DNA of 64,000 nt from Antedon mediterranea (Eukaryota; Animalia; Echinodermata). A model generated the notes under the pieces. The model was not told the origin of the DNA and did not search any database. It worked only from the letters and a program-made list of their open reading frames with translations. Of this stretch, positions 10,829 through 25,800 are shown piece after piece; position 1 is the first letter of the stretch; each line of letters starts with the position of its first letter. Location of the stretch: NCBI RefSeq assembly GCF_964355755.1, contig NC_092671.1:20646001-20710000 (forward strand), written 5' to 3'. Position numbers and translations under genes: made by a program.

Positions 10829-13800
10829 CTGAAAAATAAAAAATAAATAAGTTTCCAGGTTTTGAGAGAAAACAAATTACTTATAATCCATTATGAAAAA
10901 GGATACTAGAAAAATTAGATTACATTACTTACCAACCAGCTACTAAGTAGTTAAGGGCCATACCAGTTGCTTCCAAAGAACCACTGTACTTGAGTCTACC
11001 ACTACTGCAACCCATTAGCATTGTGAGGGCTCTGCATCTAATCTTTTGAATATCATCACCATTTAAGTACTGGCTACCAGAACCATGACCACAATATCTT
11101 ACATGAAACAAATATATACACAATTAAATAATTATATTTGACAATTTGGTAATTAACTCCTTCAAAATTAACTCTATAAGGCTTATACAGTACTTTCTAA
11201 TATTATATATATAACACTGCCCGAAAGCTCTGCTAACTTTTCTGGCTGTTTTACTTTATCGTTTTGATTTAGCTTTTCGCTTTTTTTTTGTCTACCTTCA
11301 TTGAGATCCAGCCACAGCATTGTCATTTTTTCAGTAATTTGCCTTTGGATTTATATATATTATAATATTGGAAAAATAAATACTGTGTAAGAAGCACATT
11401 TATTCATAAAAAATGAGTTTACTTATTTGACCTTATTGAGCCGTGAATAGTGAAAAAGTCGCGTTTGTGCAAACAACCACATTTGGAATTGTGCAAACAT
11501 TTTGCTTTGAAGGGTGTCTAGAACTAAGATCCAAGATATCTTAGGGTATGTTCAGACTCACGGTGTTAGGTTTGTTATCTAACGCAAGGCGTACGGGAAT
11601 CCATGGTATTAAAAGTTAAGGTGTTCAGACACAACGATCAACATTCCAATGCCTTCCTTGCATTTAAAACACTGATCATTAGGTCTAAACAGATAGAACT
11701 ATGTATACATTCACGAAAAATGCATTATTTACAGTTTACATTGTAAAGTTTTTTTTTTAATAATGTTTTTATTTATATAATGTTACCTTCAAAATATACT
11801 GATTTGTTCTTACTACTGTACTTACTACTTGCAGCATTGCATTCTAATTCAAAATATTTCAAACATAATTAGCACACGGCAAAATATCTGATTAATACAG
11901 TATTGTATTTAATTTATAAAATATCATATCACTGACGCAAACTGTACTTTAAAATTGAAAACCTGATAGTTTGACGTTCAGCTATCTCGCTATATCAAGG
12001 GTAATATATTTTAATGACTTTTTTAATGGTTAGAGTTATTCTATTCTATTATCACTAAAGGGGGTTTATTTCTATGATGAGATTTTCAGTAAACAATTAT
12101 AGATTTTCTGGTGGTACATACAGGCCATTCTTGTCTACACATAATATACATACACACAATTACAGTTAAAGAAATGGCAAATATTTCATTCAGTTGATTT
12201 TACAACCAGACCATTTAGTATTATTTATTAAATATTTTCAGTGATTTATTTATTTTAATAATTTGCTTGCTTCTTGTACTTATCTAGCATATTACATCCA
12301 TGTATTAAACAAATAAATTTAAAATATTTTGCTTAAATATAAACATTTGTAAAAAGGGGTATTACTATCCACCATTTCTTTCTTACAAATGCATTTAAAA
12401 TTAAGGTCAAATATTATTTCTTATTTATTTATTTATTCTTTTTTTTTTTATTACTAGGGCAGATTAATTTCAAATTACTTTGTATTAATTTATTTGTGAT
12501 AAAAACATTGCAAGTTTGAAAAAAAAACAAACATATATACCTTACATTTATTTGTTCATTACATAATGTAATATGCTAAATATGTACAAGAAGAAAGCTA
12601 ATTATTAAAACAATCACTGAAAATATTTAATATTAAATAACACTAAATGGTCTAAAATCAACTAGAAATAGTTATAAGAGCTTGCCATTTCTTTATATAC
12701 TGTAATTGTGTGTAGGTATATTATGTGCACCATCAGAAATATGTACTGTATACTGGAAATCTCATCCACATCTTAAAAATAAACCCCCTTTAGTGGCAAT
12801 AGAATAATCTAATTCTAACCATTAAAAAGTCACTAAACATACATTACCCTTGATATAATGGTACTACCCACCATTAAAAAAATTTTTTCCTAGATCTAGA
12901 AAACTAAGATATCTTTCTTAGTTTTCCAGATCTTCCCAGCAAACACAAAACTTCTTGCAAAAAAAAAAAAAAAAAACACTTTACAAAACATGTGTCTCCA
13001 ATAAAGTAAAACCATCACGTTAATATTATGTATAAAACTCTTTTTTTTTGGCGAAATGTATCAAAATGGCACAGCTAAACTTAAATCGCTATTTCATGGT
13101 AAGGAAAAACCGGTAAGGAAAAACCGGTAACGAACATAATTATTGTAACTATATTAACACCAATTCTCATGATAATATGAAACATATAAAAAACGATTTT
13201 TAAATGTTACAATGCCCATGTGACGATCAAGTTTTGATGACGTCAACAATCATCCGAGAGGCTTTTTAATGAATCTAGTATTTTTGTTATTTATAGATGA
13301 CTATTTTTGTTAAAATTTATTTTTCTTTTAGTTTTGTTTAGTTGAGGTCATCTGGTCGCTCTTAATAAAAGGAAAACGCCTATATTTCGAGTATAAAAAG
13401 TAAGTTTAGACTACATCATTATCACGGTATTCTGAAAATGCCTGGATAGTACAAATTAAACCTGTTATTGGTTGAATAATGTTATTGGTTGAATAATATT
13501 ATTGGTTGAATAATATTATTGGTTATTCCAATTACGGTACAGTGGAACAAAATCATGACCTGAGCCACAAATCAATAGAATAGACCCTCGAGACAAATGA
13601 TGTACATTCATTAAATTTTGCGATTACGTTTGTTCCGAACATGATCTGGATGATGATTTAATTTTCCCATTACTCTGTTAATTACTCGTTCATATTTTTT
13701 TAGAAACCTTTTCAAGTTCATGTAGGAGATGTAGGTGACAACATTACACTGTACGTCTTCTAAAACATAAAGGGAAATGACAATGGAACTAAAACAGTTT

Positions 13801-16800
13801 GCTTTTGTTAAAACAATGATTTTTTAAGCTTTAATTGTTTTAGACGAAACATTGATATCATTATCTTAGAAACATGAGATTTGTCGATATGTTCCAGTGT
13901 TTAAACGTTTAAACCATAGTCAGTTAAGTTCCACGTGTGCACTTGCAATAGTGATTTGATTGGCAGCACCGGGGTGATCGATGTAGTGTAAATGGGCGCA
14001 ACTCGAGTTCATCTCGCAGTTTTTTTGGCTAGTGTAAATGGAAATTGCCTCCGAGTTCAACTCGTGTTCCTCTCTCAGTCGATAGTGTAAAAAGGGTATA
14101 AGAGAGGCAAAGAACGTCCACAGATTGTGCAGAATTGTAATATTTTGATTATCAATGTATTCATTAAATTGGTGATTAATTACATTATACACTTATACCC
14201 TTTCACACCAAAAGCAAAACTCCGGAGACACCCCGGAGTTGACGTCCCGCTGTTTGGTGTGAAAGGTAAAATCAAGCAACTCCGGAGTTTAAAACTGCGG
14301 GGTTGAACAGCTGAACATCCTCCGGAGAGCGAACTGCGGGGACACCCCGGTGTTTTGGTGTGAAAGGTACCAACATCAAACTCCGGAGTGTTTCGGGTCA
14401 AAAGGTCATCCTCACACGATCACTCATTGCTTTAGTTTTATTTCAAAATACTTTAAATATTTGTACAAAATATATAGCGGGTTTAAAAAATAATTAGTAG
14501 TATCAATAAAACATTATATTACTTCTGAGACTTTTGAAAGTAATTATTAAATTAAAAATATTGTTAATTAAAATTATTCTAATGATCGTCGCTATGTAAA
14601 CAAACAAAATAGAGGGCGACATTTACAATTTTATTTTATAAACCCCGGTGTTGCTAGAGGTTGGTGTGAAAGGGGTATCTCCGGAGTTTCTCGACGTTTC
14701 GAATGGTCATAAACCCCGGGGTGTCTCCGGAGACACTCCGGAGTTTTGGTGTGAAAGGGGTATTATGCATTTGAAGTCATGTACAGCGACAAGGTATAAA
14801 GTTAAAACGTTAACTTATGAAAGGTTATAACACAAATTGTTAAAACTAGAGGGTGAGCTCGCTCCCCCTCTAGGAAGTGTAGGAATGATAATGACTCTGG
14901 TAAAGAGGATGTTCTCCTTGTACGTTTTCTGTCGGTTACCATTATTGAAAATGCTTGACATTCGTAAAACTAAACCTACTCCGTTTCACAGTGTCTTAGA
15001 TAATTAATAACATTTTAAAGTAGTGCTTATTGTTTGGTAGGGTTCCTTTGAGGGAGGTGCTTATTCGAGGGATATGCTTAATTTTTTAGTTTTAATATGG
15101 TAACATTTATAGTCAAATAAAATCCTCTAATAGATATGAATTGGTAAAAAAGAATAACAAAAGCTACTATAATATAATTTATTTATTTATTTATTTAGGT
15201 TTAAAAACACATACAAAACAGCAGCCATTGGCTGATAACGTAATACAATACATTGTGTGTATAAATGTGGATGGGCATTTATTAGATAGTTGGGTTAGGG
15301 GGTGGGGGGGGAGGGTCAATTATTATTCGAAGTGATGTTTTATTTGGGAGGAAATATCATCCTAATAATTAATACATTATTTAATTTAAACATCTTTTGA
15401 AACTAACTTCCGCGACAAAGTGGGCCGTTTCAGCCCAAGAAGGAAAACATTTTAGACGGCTTGCAACATGGGCAGACATCCCGGTCCTAACAGGACACAG
15501 ATAGCCTACTACAGTTATTCCTGCCAGCTTACTCAATAAAACTCGGCTATCGGGATTTCGATTTTAAACAAAATGTCTTATCATCAGATCTCCCATATGT
15601 AATTTATAATACTATTCCCCATAATATATTTTGATGCTTTATGGCGTATATTTAATTGGATCTTTATTATTTTGCAGTATAATTTTTATTTTTTAACTAC
15701 TGTACCTTCACACGCACCGAAAAAAAAAAAAATAAATAAAATGGCTATAGCCACTAACGGCCAACTTAGTTGAAACCAGGTAGTTGCAAGGTGAACCAGT
15801 GAACTCGGAAATTACTTTGACCGCGTACAATTGAAATTGAGTTGAAAATCTACTGAGTGAGTAGTGGTTAAAACAGTGGAATCGTAATTACGTAGTCATA
15901 ACATCGGCAGGGGTTTGAGGCGCACTAACTCCATGGTTCTGGTGGTAGAACAAGTCTTCTTGGATAAGGACTATAAACCGTAGGTCCAGTGTACACATAT
16001 AGCTCATGTGCACTTTAAAGAACCTAGTACATCTTTCGAGACGAGTAGGGGGTTACCCTGGTGTATTATCACAGCCACTGATCATAACTGGGCCCTCTGG
16101 TAGACCAGTCTTTGACTGAAGAGGTCGGCCAGTATAAAAAACAATTCAATTCAATCAGAATTTTTTTTTAAAACTCTTTATAATATCTTCCTAAGATAGA
16201 AATATGGAACAATATCATAATAGTGAAAACTAATGTTATCAAATTTTACATTTCGGTTATATTTACGTGTAAAAACCCATTGCAATAAAACGCTTATATA
16301 ACATATTCAAACTCCACAAATTAACATTTTTAATACAAAAAATAGCGTTATTAAAACAAAAACAATACTTCAAAAAAAAACCTGTTACTTTAACATTATT
16401 TAAATATCATTATTTCAGTATATTGTGTTTTAAACGTTACATAAAACGTTTGCAAAACTCCACAAATTCATTTAAACCAAAAAAATATGTTAAAAATATA
16501 GTATTTTAACATTATTTTATCTATAAATATTACGTTACAAATACGTTCAAAACATTTTTATTTTAGCTGGTTTAGTTTTCTAGACACCCAATCATTAGAT
16601 CTAGAAAACTAAGATATCTTAGGTGTTAGTTTTCTAGACACTCAAATGTGCAAATCATTTTTAAATCAATTTAATTAACAACAGTAATATAGATGAAGTA
16701 GGCATGGTATAGGGATGAATATTGGTATAATCCTTAGGAAAATGGATGTTATGCCCGATTTAAAATAGCATTTTTGAAGTCACTAAAAGTAATTTTTGTA

Positions 16801-19800
16801 TTACAGAGATAGGAATTTTGGAGTAAATCATTGATTGACGGGAATGCATGGTAGTAATTACTTATCTCGTTGATATTTTTATTCTTGGATAAGTAAGTTA
16901 GCTTAATCGAATAAAGTTAATTCATATTATCAACCATATTTTTTTTAAACGGATTTTAATTTCGTTTTTCAAGGCCACCTTTCACGAAATTCATAGCCAC
17001 ATGCCTGTCTTGCTGGATAGACAGAGTTATTTTGCGCATGCGTAAGAATCGCACAAGTCAATGACCGTCGCCCCTCTCTCTCCCGCGCCTCTCAAGAGTA
17101 ATTTTTATTATCATATTATTGACACATTAGTTTTATTTTGTTGTAATTAACTATTGGTGAAAATGAAAAGCAAAATTGATGGAAATTCGTCAACATTAAA
17201 CATCGGAAGGTCAGCATGTTGTCAACACGGGTGTTAACATTGTTTTAAAGAAACGGTTGGACGAATAAATAGTGTTTGAAAATGGCATGGCCTAGCTAGG
17301 CATAGGCCTTTTTAGTAGTGACTGCGGCTAGCTAGCTGAATACGATATGTAGCCGCCGGGCCAGAGCGTATGCATGCTCCTCGATGAAATTTATTGTTGA
17401 GGGTGTTAATGTGTTACTGTATTATGTATATACACATAGGCAACACCGTATATAATAATATATATAAATAAATGATAAAGACGCTAGTAAATTATCAACT
17501 GAACATTTTATTGCACTACAGGCTGTTTCATGAGTATGAACTCAATCTTCAGGTGCTTGGCTCTGAAACACATCTCTATTTCCTGGACAGTCTATTGTTA
17601 ACCAAATTCCTATTATCTAAATTACTGATACCTTAATAGGTTAATATGGTTAAGTGAGCTGGTTTCAGGCTTGCATATGATATAATACTTCTCTTGTAAG
17701 CATAGATTACACCGTTTGTTAACATTGGAATATGGTTTACACTTCTTTATTATTCACCATATAATGTTATACTTTATGTTATCATCTTTTAGCTTCCAGA
17801 TATACTGGCTAAGTGTTGTGCTGTTTCTGTATTTAACATTACGGAATGAACTATTATGTGCGTTATATCTACATTTAAATGTGTATAGAGATGTGTTGTA
17901 CTTGCTAATTAGCATACTATTGTTCACAAACAGTTTGCCTTACAACTTCATTATAGCTTTTTGTATTCACTTGTGACTATCATTCAGAGCCAAGCACCTG
18001 AAGATTGAGTTCATACTCATGAAACAGCCTGTAGTGCAATAAAATGTTCAGTTGGTAATTTACTAGCGTCTTTATCATTTATTTATATTTGGCTCTACAT
18101 TTTGTATCGAGCACTTTCGCTTTCATGATCTGCGTTAAATTTACCACGATTTATAATTATATATATAAATAAAGGGCTAGTGTTGCCCGAAAGCTCTGCT
18201 AACTTTTCTGGCTGTTTTACGTTTTGATTTAGCTTTTCGCTTTTTTTTTGTATATCCATTGAGATCCAGCCACTGATACCCACAGCATTGTCATTTTTTT
18301 CAGTAATTTGACTTTAGATTTATAAATAAATATTAGGATTCCCGAGACAGTGAATAGAGGTGGATTTCCTCCAATAAAGAGTCTAACAGGCCAGGCCTAG
18401 TTAGGCACACTTGAGTTTGTATCAAGGTGTTTTTCACCTTCTAAAAATGGTATTGATAATTTATGCAATATTATTAATACAGTATAAATAAACAATTAGT
18501 TTTTATTCTTACCTACCTACAGGTCTATAATTACAGTTCTACTATATGATAATTGATTGACGGGATAATGCATTTATATCATAATATTAAGGTAACAAAC
18601 TTTTTAAATTTATTACAGTATAATAAAGTATCTGTTGATAAAGCCTACATAATACATTAAACTAAATTATTATTTTGTTTTGAAGGCAGATAATATAGAA
18701 GGTATACATTTGTCTTCCTGCCCTTAATTATACTATACTTATTCATTTTCCTTTTCCATAGACTTATACTTATGAAGAATAGTAAATTATGCATAATAGA
18801 ATGCTTTAGTCATACTGTAACTATCGTACGGTACTACTACAAGACATGCATACTGATGCTGTTAATAAAAATTTAAGAATCTAGTACACTAGTAGCAGTG
18901 CATCATATAGTGTTTGTTTTTAACCATCCAAATAGTGGGTCTGGGTATGATACTGTACTTCATTTTTTATATACTATTTTATTTAGCCAAATCTATGTAC
19001 AATTGACATTAAAAAATAATCCATCACCTGAATATGATGCAGCTGGCTGGTGTTGATGGAATTAAAATGTATCACTCAGGCTTCAAAAGTAATTTATGTC
19101 ACGGTTTTGTTATTTAAAAAATATTTTATTGCTCAAATAAAAACAAAAGTACAGATAACATTTTCTAAAATAATACATAATAAATAAGAAAAGGGGTACC
19201 CCACTGGAAGCTTAAGCTTTAAAATGTGGGTCCAGGCAACATATAAGTAAGGTAAGGTAAGAAACATGTAAAAAAACAATATGATAATGAAAAAAAGGTA
19301 TTTTACTTGACAAATGCACTTATAATTGACTGAATTAACTGAAAACAAGATATATTATTAATTTAAACAATAATAGTAGAAACAAGGTATTCATGTAATT
19401 TGAACTTAAAACCAGATATATTTGAGTTTAACAAAATCCTGCTTGTTTCAAGCTCATTTTGATACATTCGTTCAATCAAATTCATTTCACACACTATTTT
19501 TACCATAGAATTTGTTGATGTTTACAATTGTATTACTATTGTAGTACTAATACAGTTTTTCAAAGCCATTTCATGTACTGTTGATTCCACAAATCTGCAA
19601 AGATAATACCAATAAATGGATGGAAATGTACTATCATTTTTATTCAATCCTACCTATAGTATTATATTTGTTTTGGTAACAGAAAGAGGTTATTATGTAA
19701 TTACAGTACTAAACTATTATAAGCCTCTCTGCCCCACTTTAATTATTAGTATGTATATTATTCAATAACAAAAGTCAGAGCCAAAAACATGTTTAAGAAT

Positions 19801-22800
19801 AGCTTACCTATTTTATTTATGTCGCCGTGTCCATGTCCTTCCTTGAGGTATGTCGGTCGAACAGCGGCTACTCTAGAGTAGGCCTTTCATCTAGTGAATT
19901 TAGAAGATACTATATCGTCTACTAGACCTAGCCTATTTTGTAGTTTGCGTGAGTGATTTAGTGTGAAATGTACAAATACATCCTTTCTTCTTTTCACGTA
20001 CAATCTTTGCAGACACAACTTTATCGATATTTTCTACGACAGCAGCAACAGGGAGCTTGCAACGTGTGAGTCTCGTGTATGATGGTTTTTTTAATTTTGT
20101 TTACACACAGTAGTTTGCGAACGAGATGAGACGCTGATTGGCCTGTATTGAAATTCATTAACCAATCACATAACGACTGCTGCCGTGTACAACCCCGGGT
20201 TCAAATTAAAACTTAAGATATCGTGTCAGTTGGTCGGCCATTTTGCAGACGTTTTTACCGAAATTTAATTTGTTTATTTCTCAAGTTTTACTAGGTATTT
20301 GAATCTAATTTTTTGTGTTTTGTTTATTAACATTAAAAAGATTCATACAAAGTAATTTTTTGGAAATTTTAAAATCCTTTTATATCCATTTTAATGAACT
20401 CACTTATATTTTTGGAATTTTTTTTCAAATAAGAGGACAACTTTAAGGAACTTCAATTTCAACGGTATGGAAGTTACCATCTCCAGCAAGTAGCGACTGC
20501 ATTTCAGTCCTGCATCCCTGGACATCATTGTGGTTTTTGTATTTCAACCAGTATTACTACAATTATATACATAAGTGGCTATATATTGAAAACATTATGT
20601 TAGAGATGTTTAGAATTCTTAATTTTTAATAAACTGATTTTGGTTGAAGAAAATGATTTGCACATTTGTAGAATTTCTTTTGACCATTTGAAATCAAAAC
20701 TGATCATTTAATGGCGTGATGTTTGCAAATTATGTTTATAAATCATCTTTATTTTCTCTCAGACCTAGCTTTAGATACATACCCTAGAATAGAACAGAAC
20801 ATGCAAATATCAATGCACTATTAATTTAATCTACTATGTTGTGTTGATCTTACAATGACTGTACAGTATATGAATACTGTCATTATTTCAAATGGAAAAA
20901 TACAATTTATTACATGAAGATTTATTACAACATAAATAGTTGGGTAAAAATTCAAATAAATAGGAGGCGCATATTTCTGAAGTTTATTTTGCTTGGAGGT
21001 GATTTAACTTGATTATTAATTACATCTCTGAAAAACAATATAAATCTATTTGAAAAAATTGTTTTGGGCTCTTAAACATTTCATTCAAATATATTTATGC
21101 AAGAACAATATTAAAAAATCTCTATATAAAAACTTACATGAATAAATCATGTTCAGTCAATCCAGAAGAATACTCATCCTTGTTTGGACCACGACCAACT
21201 ACTCCATTCCAAGATAGATCACTAAGAAAATAAAAACATATTTAAAAAAGAAACATATATGTTCACAACTACCAAAATGATGAACAAACTGGACAAAGTT
21301 TTACATTGAAATGAGAAAAAAAACCACAATTTATTTATGCTAATAAATTTCGCGTAATTTTTTGCCGAAACCGCTGAATGGAAGTGCTCACACAATAGGC
21401 ATATAAATTTACTTTGACGACTCAGCGGCCATGTTTTGCGAGTTGTTACATCATGTATCAACTATGCAACATCCTCCGTTGTGTACCGCAACGGATCTAC
21501 AAATACCCTACCAAGCCGCAAAATTAAAATGGTGTTTAGTCTTGGCAGCTGGCCAACCGTATCGATTGATCGCGTCGTTTAAGTTTGAATTAATTACACC
21601 TATCCTTGGAACATAATGATTTGTAAATCATGGATAGCTCAGCGAGTAAAATGATGTGGCCATTGATGTAAATGCATAGTACATTAAAGTTTGAATCTGG
21701 GAAATGTGTAAATAATATGAATCACCACTTCAAGCAAAAAAATCAAAACGAGATCACAATTTAATTACAAAAGTAACAAATCAGCCACACAAAAAAAAAA
21801 TTGCAAAATATCATAACCATTGAAAAAAAATAAAATGTAAATGAATAAAAATAAAAATACACACAAAAAGAATGAATCCAAATGGTTTGATATACTACAA
21901 TTAACAATGTGTTTAGGTCGTGTTTAAATCATGGCTAAAACTCACATATAATATGCAACTATATGTCTCACGAACACACCAACAATTTCAGTTTCCAACT
22001 CAAAGTTGTTTAAAAAACATACATTATCGTTGATCTTAAAGACAAACCACCAACAATTAAGAAATTCAACAGAACAACAAGAGACTATAAGAATATCAAT
22101 ATCACTGTTCTCCAGTAGAAAATAACATTAAAAACTTTGGAATCTTCTACAAGACATGACTATCTACGATTATGAAATGCAGTATTAGGGAGGTTTCGCA
22201 ACCTTACGAATACGATAACCATTTTATATTCGTAAAGCGTGTGACGAATATCACCAGTCATATTCGTAACTACAAAACGAGTATAGTTTTTGATATATTT
22301 GCACATTTTGAATTTGGATCAGGAATGATTCAGGATTGTAATATAATTATATATTTATTGAAAGTAATTTACTAAAGTAATTTACTAAAATTCCAGGTCA
22401 ATTTTGATAAATAGCAGTTTTTAAAGTCCTCACTCGCTTTGATGTTACGCTAGGCCTAGGCAGCCAAGCCCCAAGCAACATGTACCTGCGCTTCGCTCAA
22501 ATTTACCGCAGTCATATTTTTGACGGCGCCCTCAATATTTCGTTGCCATGCGAAACGGATTTTTACTGGCTTATGAAAAACGACTAACGCCCGTATTCTT
22601 AAACCGGACTTTTGAAAAAGTCGTAGTTCGAGCTATTACTTCAAATTATTCATAAACGAAGTTTGCAGTTTGACTTAATGAAGGCTATACATTGGCCAAT
22701 GACAAGAGAGTATTTGAGGAGAAGATGAAATTTTGCGCATTGATATCACTTTCCATTTTCTTACAAAATCAATGAAAAATAATTTTAATCGTTAATTATT

Positions 22801-25800
22801 AGAACAAGATCAGTATTAATTTAACAGTGAAGTACTTTTGATTAACAAACAAAATCTTCAAAATGGGTATAGGAACCATGGCGGTACGGTAACTTTCATA
22901 TTTTCTAGGCATCTAGGCAAAGTATGATCGCGACGAACCACGCACTTCATAGCGCGACAAGAAAGCGCTAGGCCCCCTAAACATTTAATCGCGTGGTGAA
23001 TTTCCGCATCTCCCATTGTCGCTATGGCGTGACGTAATTCAAGTCTGACTTGCCCGAAGAAAATAATATAATTTGTATACGGTTGTAAATAAAGATGATT
23101 TTCATTATTATACATACATTACAAACATATACCAATGTATATTTAACACAAATATAAAAATAGATATTTCATTTTTCAATATCTGGTCAAAATAACAACG
23201 CAAATGACTGTTATAAACCTCGTTTAAATACCATTTAGCCTGCCCCCTCGAGGACTAAAAAATCGATCAAAATCCGTCTCGATTTAGTCGAGGTTGGCCT
23301 GATTTAGTCGGCGATTTAGTTGAAGTTCGGTTTATGAATTAAAATGACATCATTTTTAAAGTTTTAGCTCAAACTACGACTAAAGTGCGGTTTAAGAATA
23401 CGGGCGTAAATATAATAACAAATTATAAAAACAAAAGAAACAAAGTGTCAAAAATAAAATTCAGAACTATTTTACTATAGTTTTTTTTTTGTTCACTGTG
23501 TGAGGTTTGGTATCTTTTTTGCTAGTTTTGTAATTACATTGTGGTCTAGTTTTGATTTTTTGCTTTAAGCGGTACACATATGGTGGATTCGAACTCGAAC
23601 ATACTACTACTACTAATAAGCGGAGGTCCAATAGCTACGTATAATCTAATTTCGCCTACCACCACCACCATGTGCACTTATTTTTGTGCTGATTTCAAGT
23701 CCGTAAGCAGCTGTAGTTTTATTATTCAAATACCTTGCATCTTATTTCTATAAATTACCAATTCATATTTTATCATTGAAATGTTTTAAATTGCCGACTG
23801 ATTGACAGAGTTAAACGTGCATGTCCCGCTCATATATTTCTTGCCCTCCTATTCAAAATGTACTATGCACATTATCACTTTCTGAGGCACACCCTAGATT
23901 TAATATTCACACAACACAATTGTTTAGGGAAAGAGCATTTTTTGTGTTTATATCAATTTCGTTCATATTCTGTATTTGGTTTAACTACTGTAGACACACA
24001 TCGTTTTTAGATTAGTATCATATAAGGATTTATTTGCTAGATAGGTCGGAGTTAAGTCATTTGTTATTCTATACATTAAGACTTTTTCGTTTGTAGGTAA
24101 GTTTATATTCAATATTTTTCCATTTGAGTTGCCTCTGTGGCGGAATCATACTTTTTTTTTAGTGATTATTTTTGCTGCCCTATTTTGAGGCACTTGATTT
24201 TTATTGCATCTGTCCCACACGATGTTACAGTAGTTAATAATAATATAATACTAATTTAAAAAACCCTGTTTTTGGAAACACTTACTTGCTAAACCATTTT
24301 TGAAACATTAACTGTGTGTTATCCAAATCGTTTATTGGATTTAATACATAGTATGTATTATCAACATTAATGCCTTGGTGAAGAATACTAGATGCAAGTT
24401 CCATATCTTTTAGATGGCAAGCCAAAAAATCTAAGCTGGGAATACGACACATTACTTGCGATCTTGCTGTTGATATATTCTCCCAAGGTAGTTGTTGAAG
24501 ATGCTAATTTACAAAAAAAGAGAGATAATATTAACAATAATAATAAATATGTGTATCTATATATTATTATTATAATTATAATTATTATAATTATTATTAT
24601 TATGAAGCCCATTGTGTTGGGTAATTTATCAGTAGGCGTAATTGGAACCGTAATTCGAGGCTCACTTGCTTCATGGTTCTGGATAAGAACTATAAACCGT
24701 AGTGTACACAGCTCATGTGCACTTTAAAGAACCTAGTACATCTTTCGCGACGAGTAGGGGTTACCCTGGTGTACTAGTATATCACTGCCACTTGACTAAA
24801 GAGGTCACCCAGTATAAATAAATAATACAAATATCAGATTTTTGCTATTATACTTTATCTAAAATACAGAAAGTGTCTAGATAGAACACAGTATATTACA
24901 TCCAAACTTATATAGCACTTACTTTATCAAGAACAAGAATTACAGTTTGATTTTTGGTTTCTTTTAAGTCTTTTTCAAGTGTCTTTGTCAGGTTTCTGAC
25001 TAGCTCTAAAGCAGCAAGCAGTTCGTCAGTTCCTCGTTCTAATCCTGCCACACTAGATAATATAGATGTCAGCTGTTGGAAGCTTAGGCTGGGTGTACAT
25101 TGTAGTAACATCTGAAAGATTTGTTTTACAGTATCAGAATGAGGTAGACAAGTGCCAGTATTTTTTTAGTTACTAAATTCAGGCAGGCAAATACAACTTA
25201 AAACTAAAGCCATTCGCCAATTACAAGTTGTCTCTACGGCTATCAAAAATTGTATTATTCAATTAATAGTGACTGAATTAACATTACTATAGTGTAGATA
25301 ATGTTTCTGGTAAAACATTAACTGAAGTATAGTTTCCACCTTCTCATATTTATCATATAACATTCATAACAATTTTGTATTTATTTATTCAAAAATATTG
25401 TGATTGCAGCACTAGGCTGAATTAAAACAATATTAACATGCATATGAAAATACAAATAAGAAATTTACCTGACATGCATGTAAGCTGATTTTATGCTTCA
25501 AACATATTTTCTGTTGAAGTATCTTAGCTGCAACTGATAATTTCAAAGCTGTATCTGTATTATTAGGTTGTCCAATAAATATTCCCTTCCAACAATTCAA
25601 AAGTTTATCTTCCATTTCTACCATTAAATTCTACAAAATACAAATGTTCATAATTTAGAAAACAAAAATTCCATTCAAACTTAATAAATGTTTAAAGGGC
25701 AACAAAACAAATAATAGACCTGGTAGAAAATAAAGCTGAGCTAAAGTTATACTTCTTCTGTGAAAAAAACAACTAAACAGTTACCTTCATACGTTGGTCA

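Larger units (their letters stand above)
17462..18088 (-). mobile_element. Penelope-like 3' fragment with inverted terminal repeats (17462-17567 / 17983-18088)
   Basis: Minus frame [35 protein letters not shown] between ~106-bp inverted arms. Confidence 0.88.

Noticed and set aside
13920-14830. ORFs 13920-14192, 14180-14401 and 14648-14830
   Set aside because: They lie in MITE subterminal repeats and have no protein motifs
24388-24727. Poly-Ile ORFs as membrane proteins
   Set aside because: They arise from an (ATT)n microsatellite and off-frame or antisense reading of a separase exon
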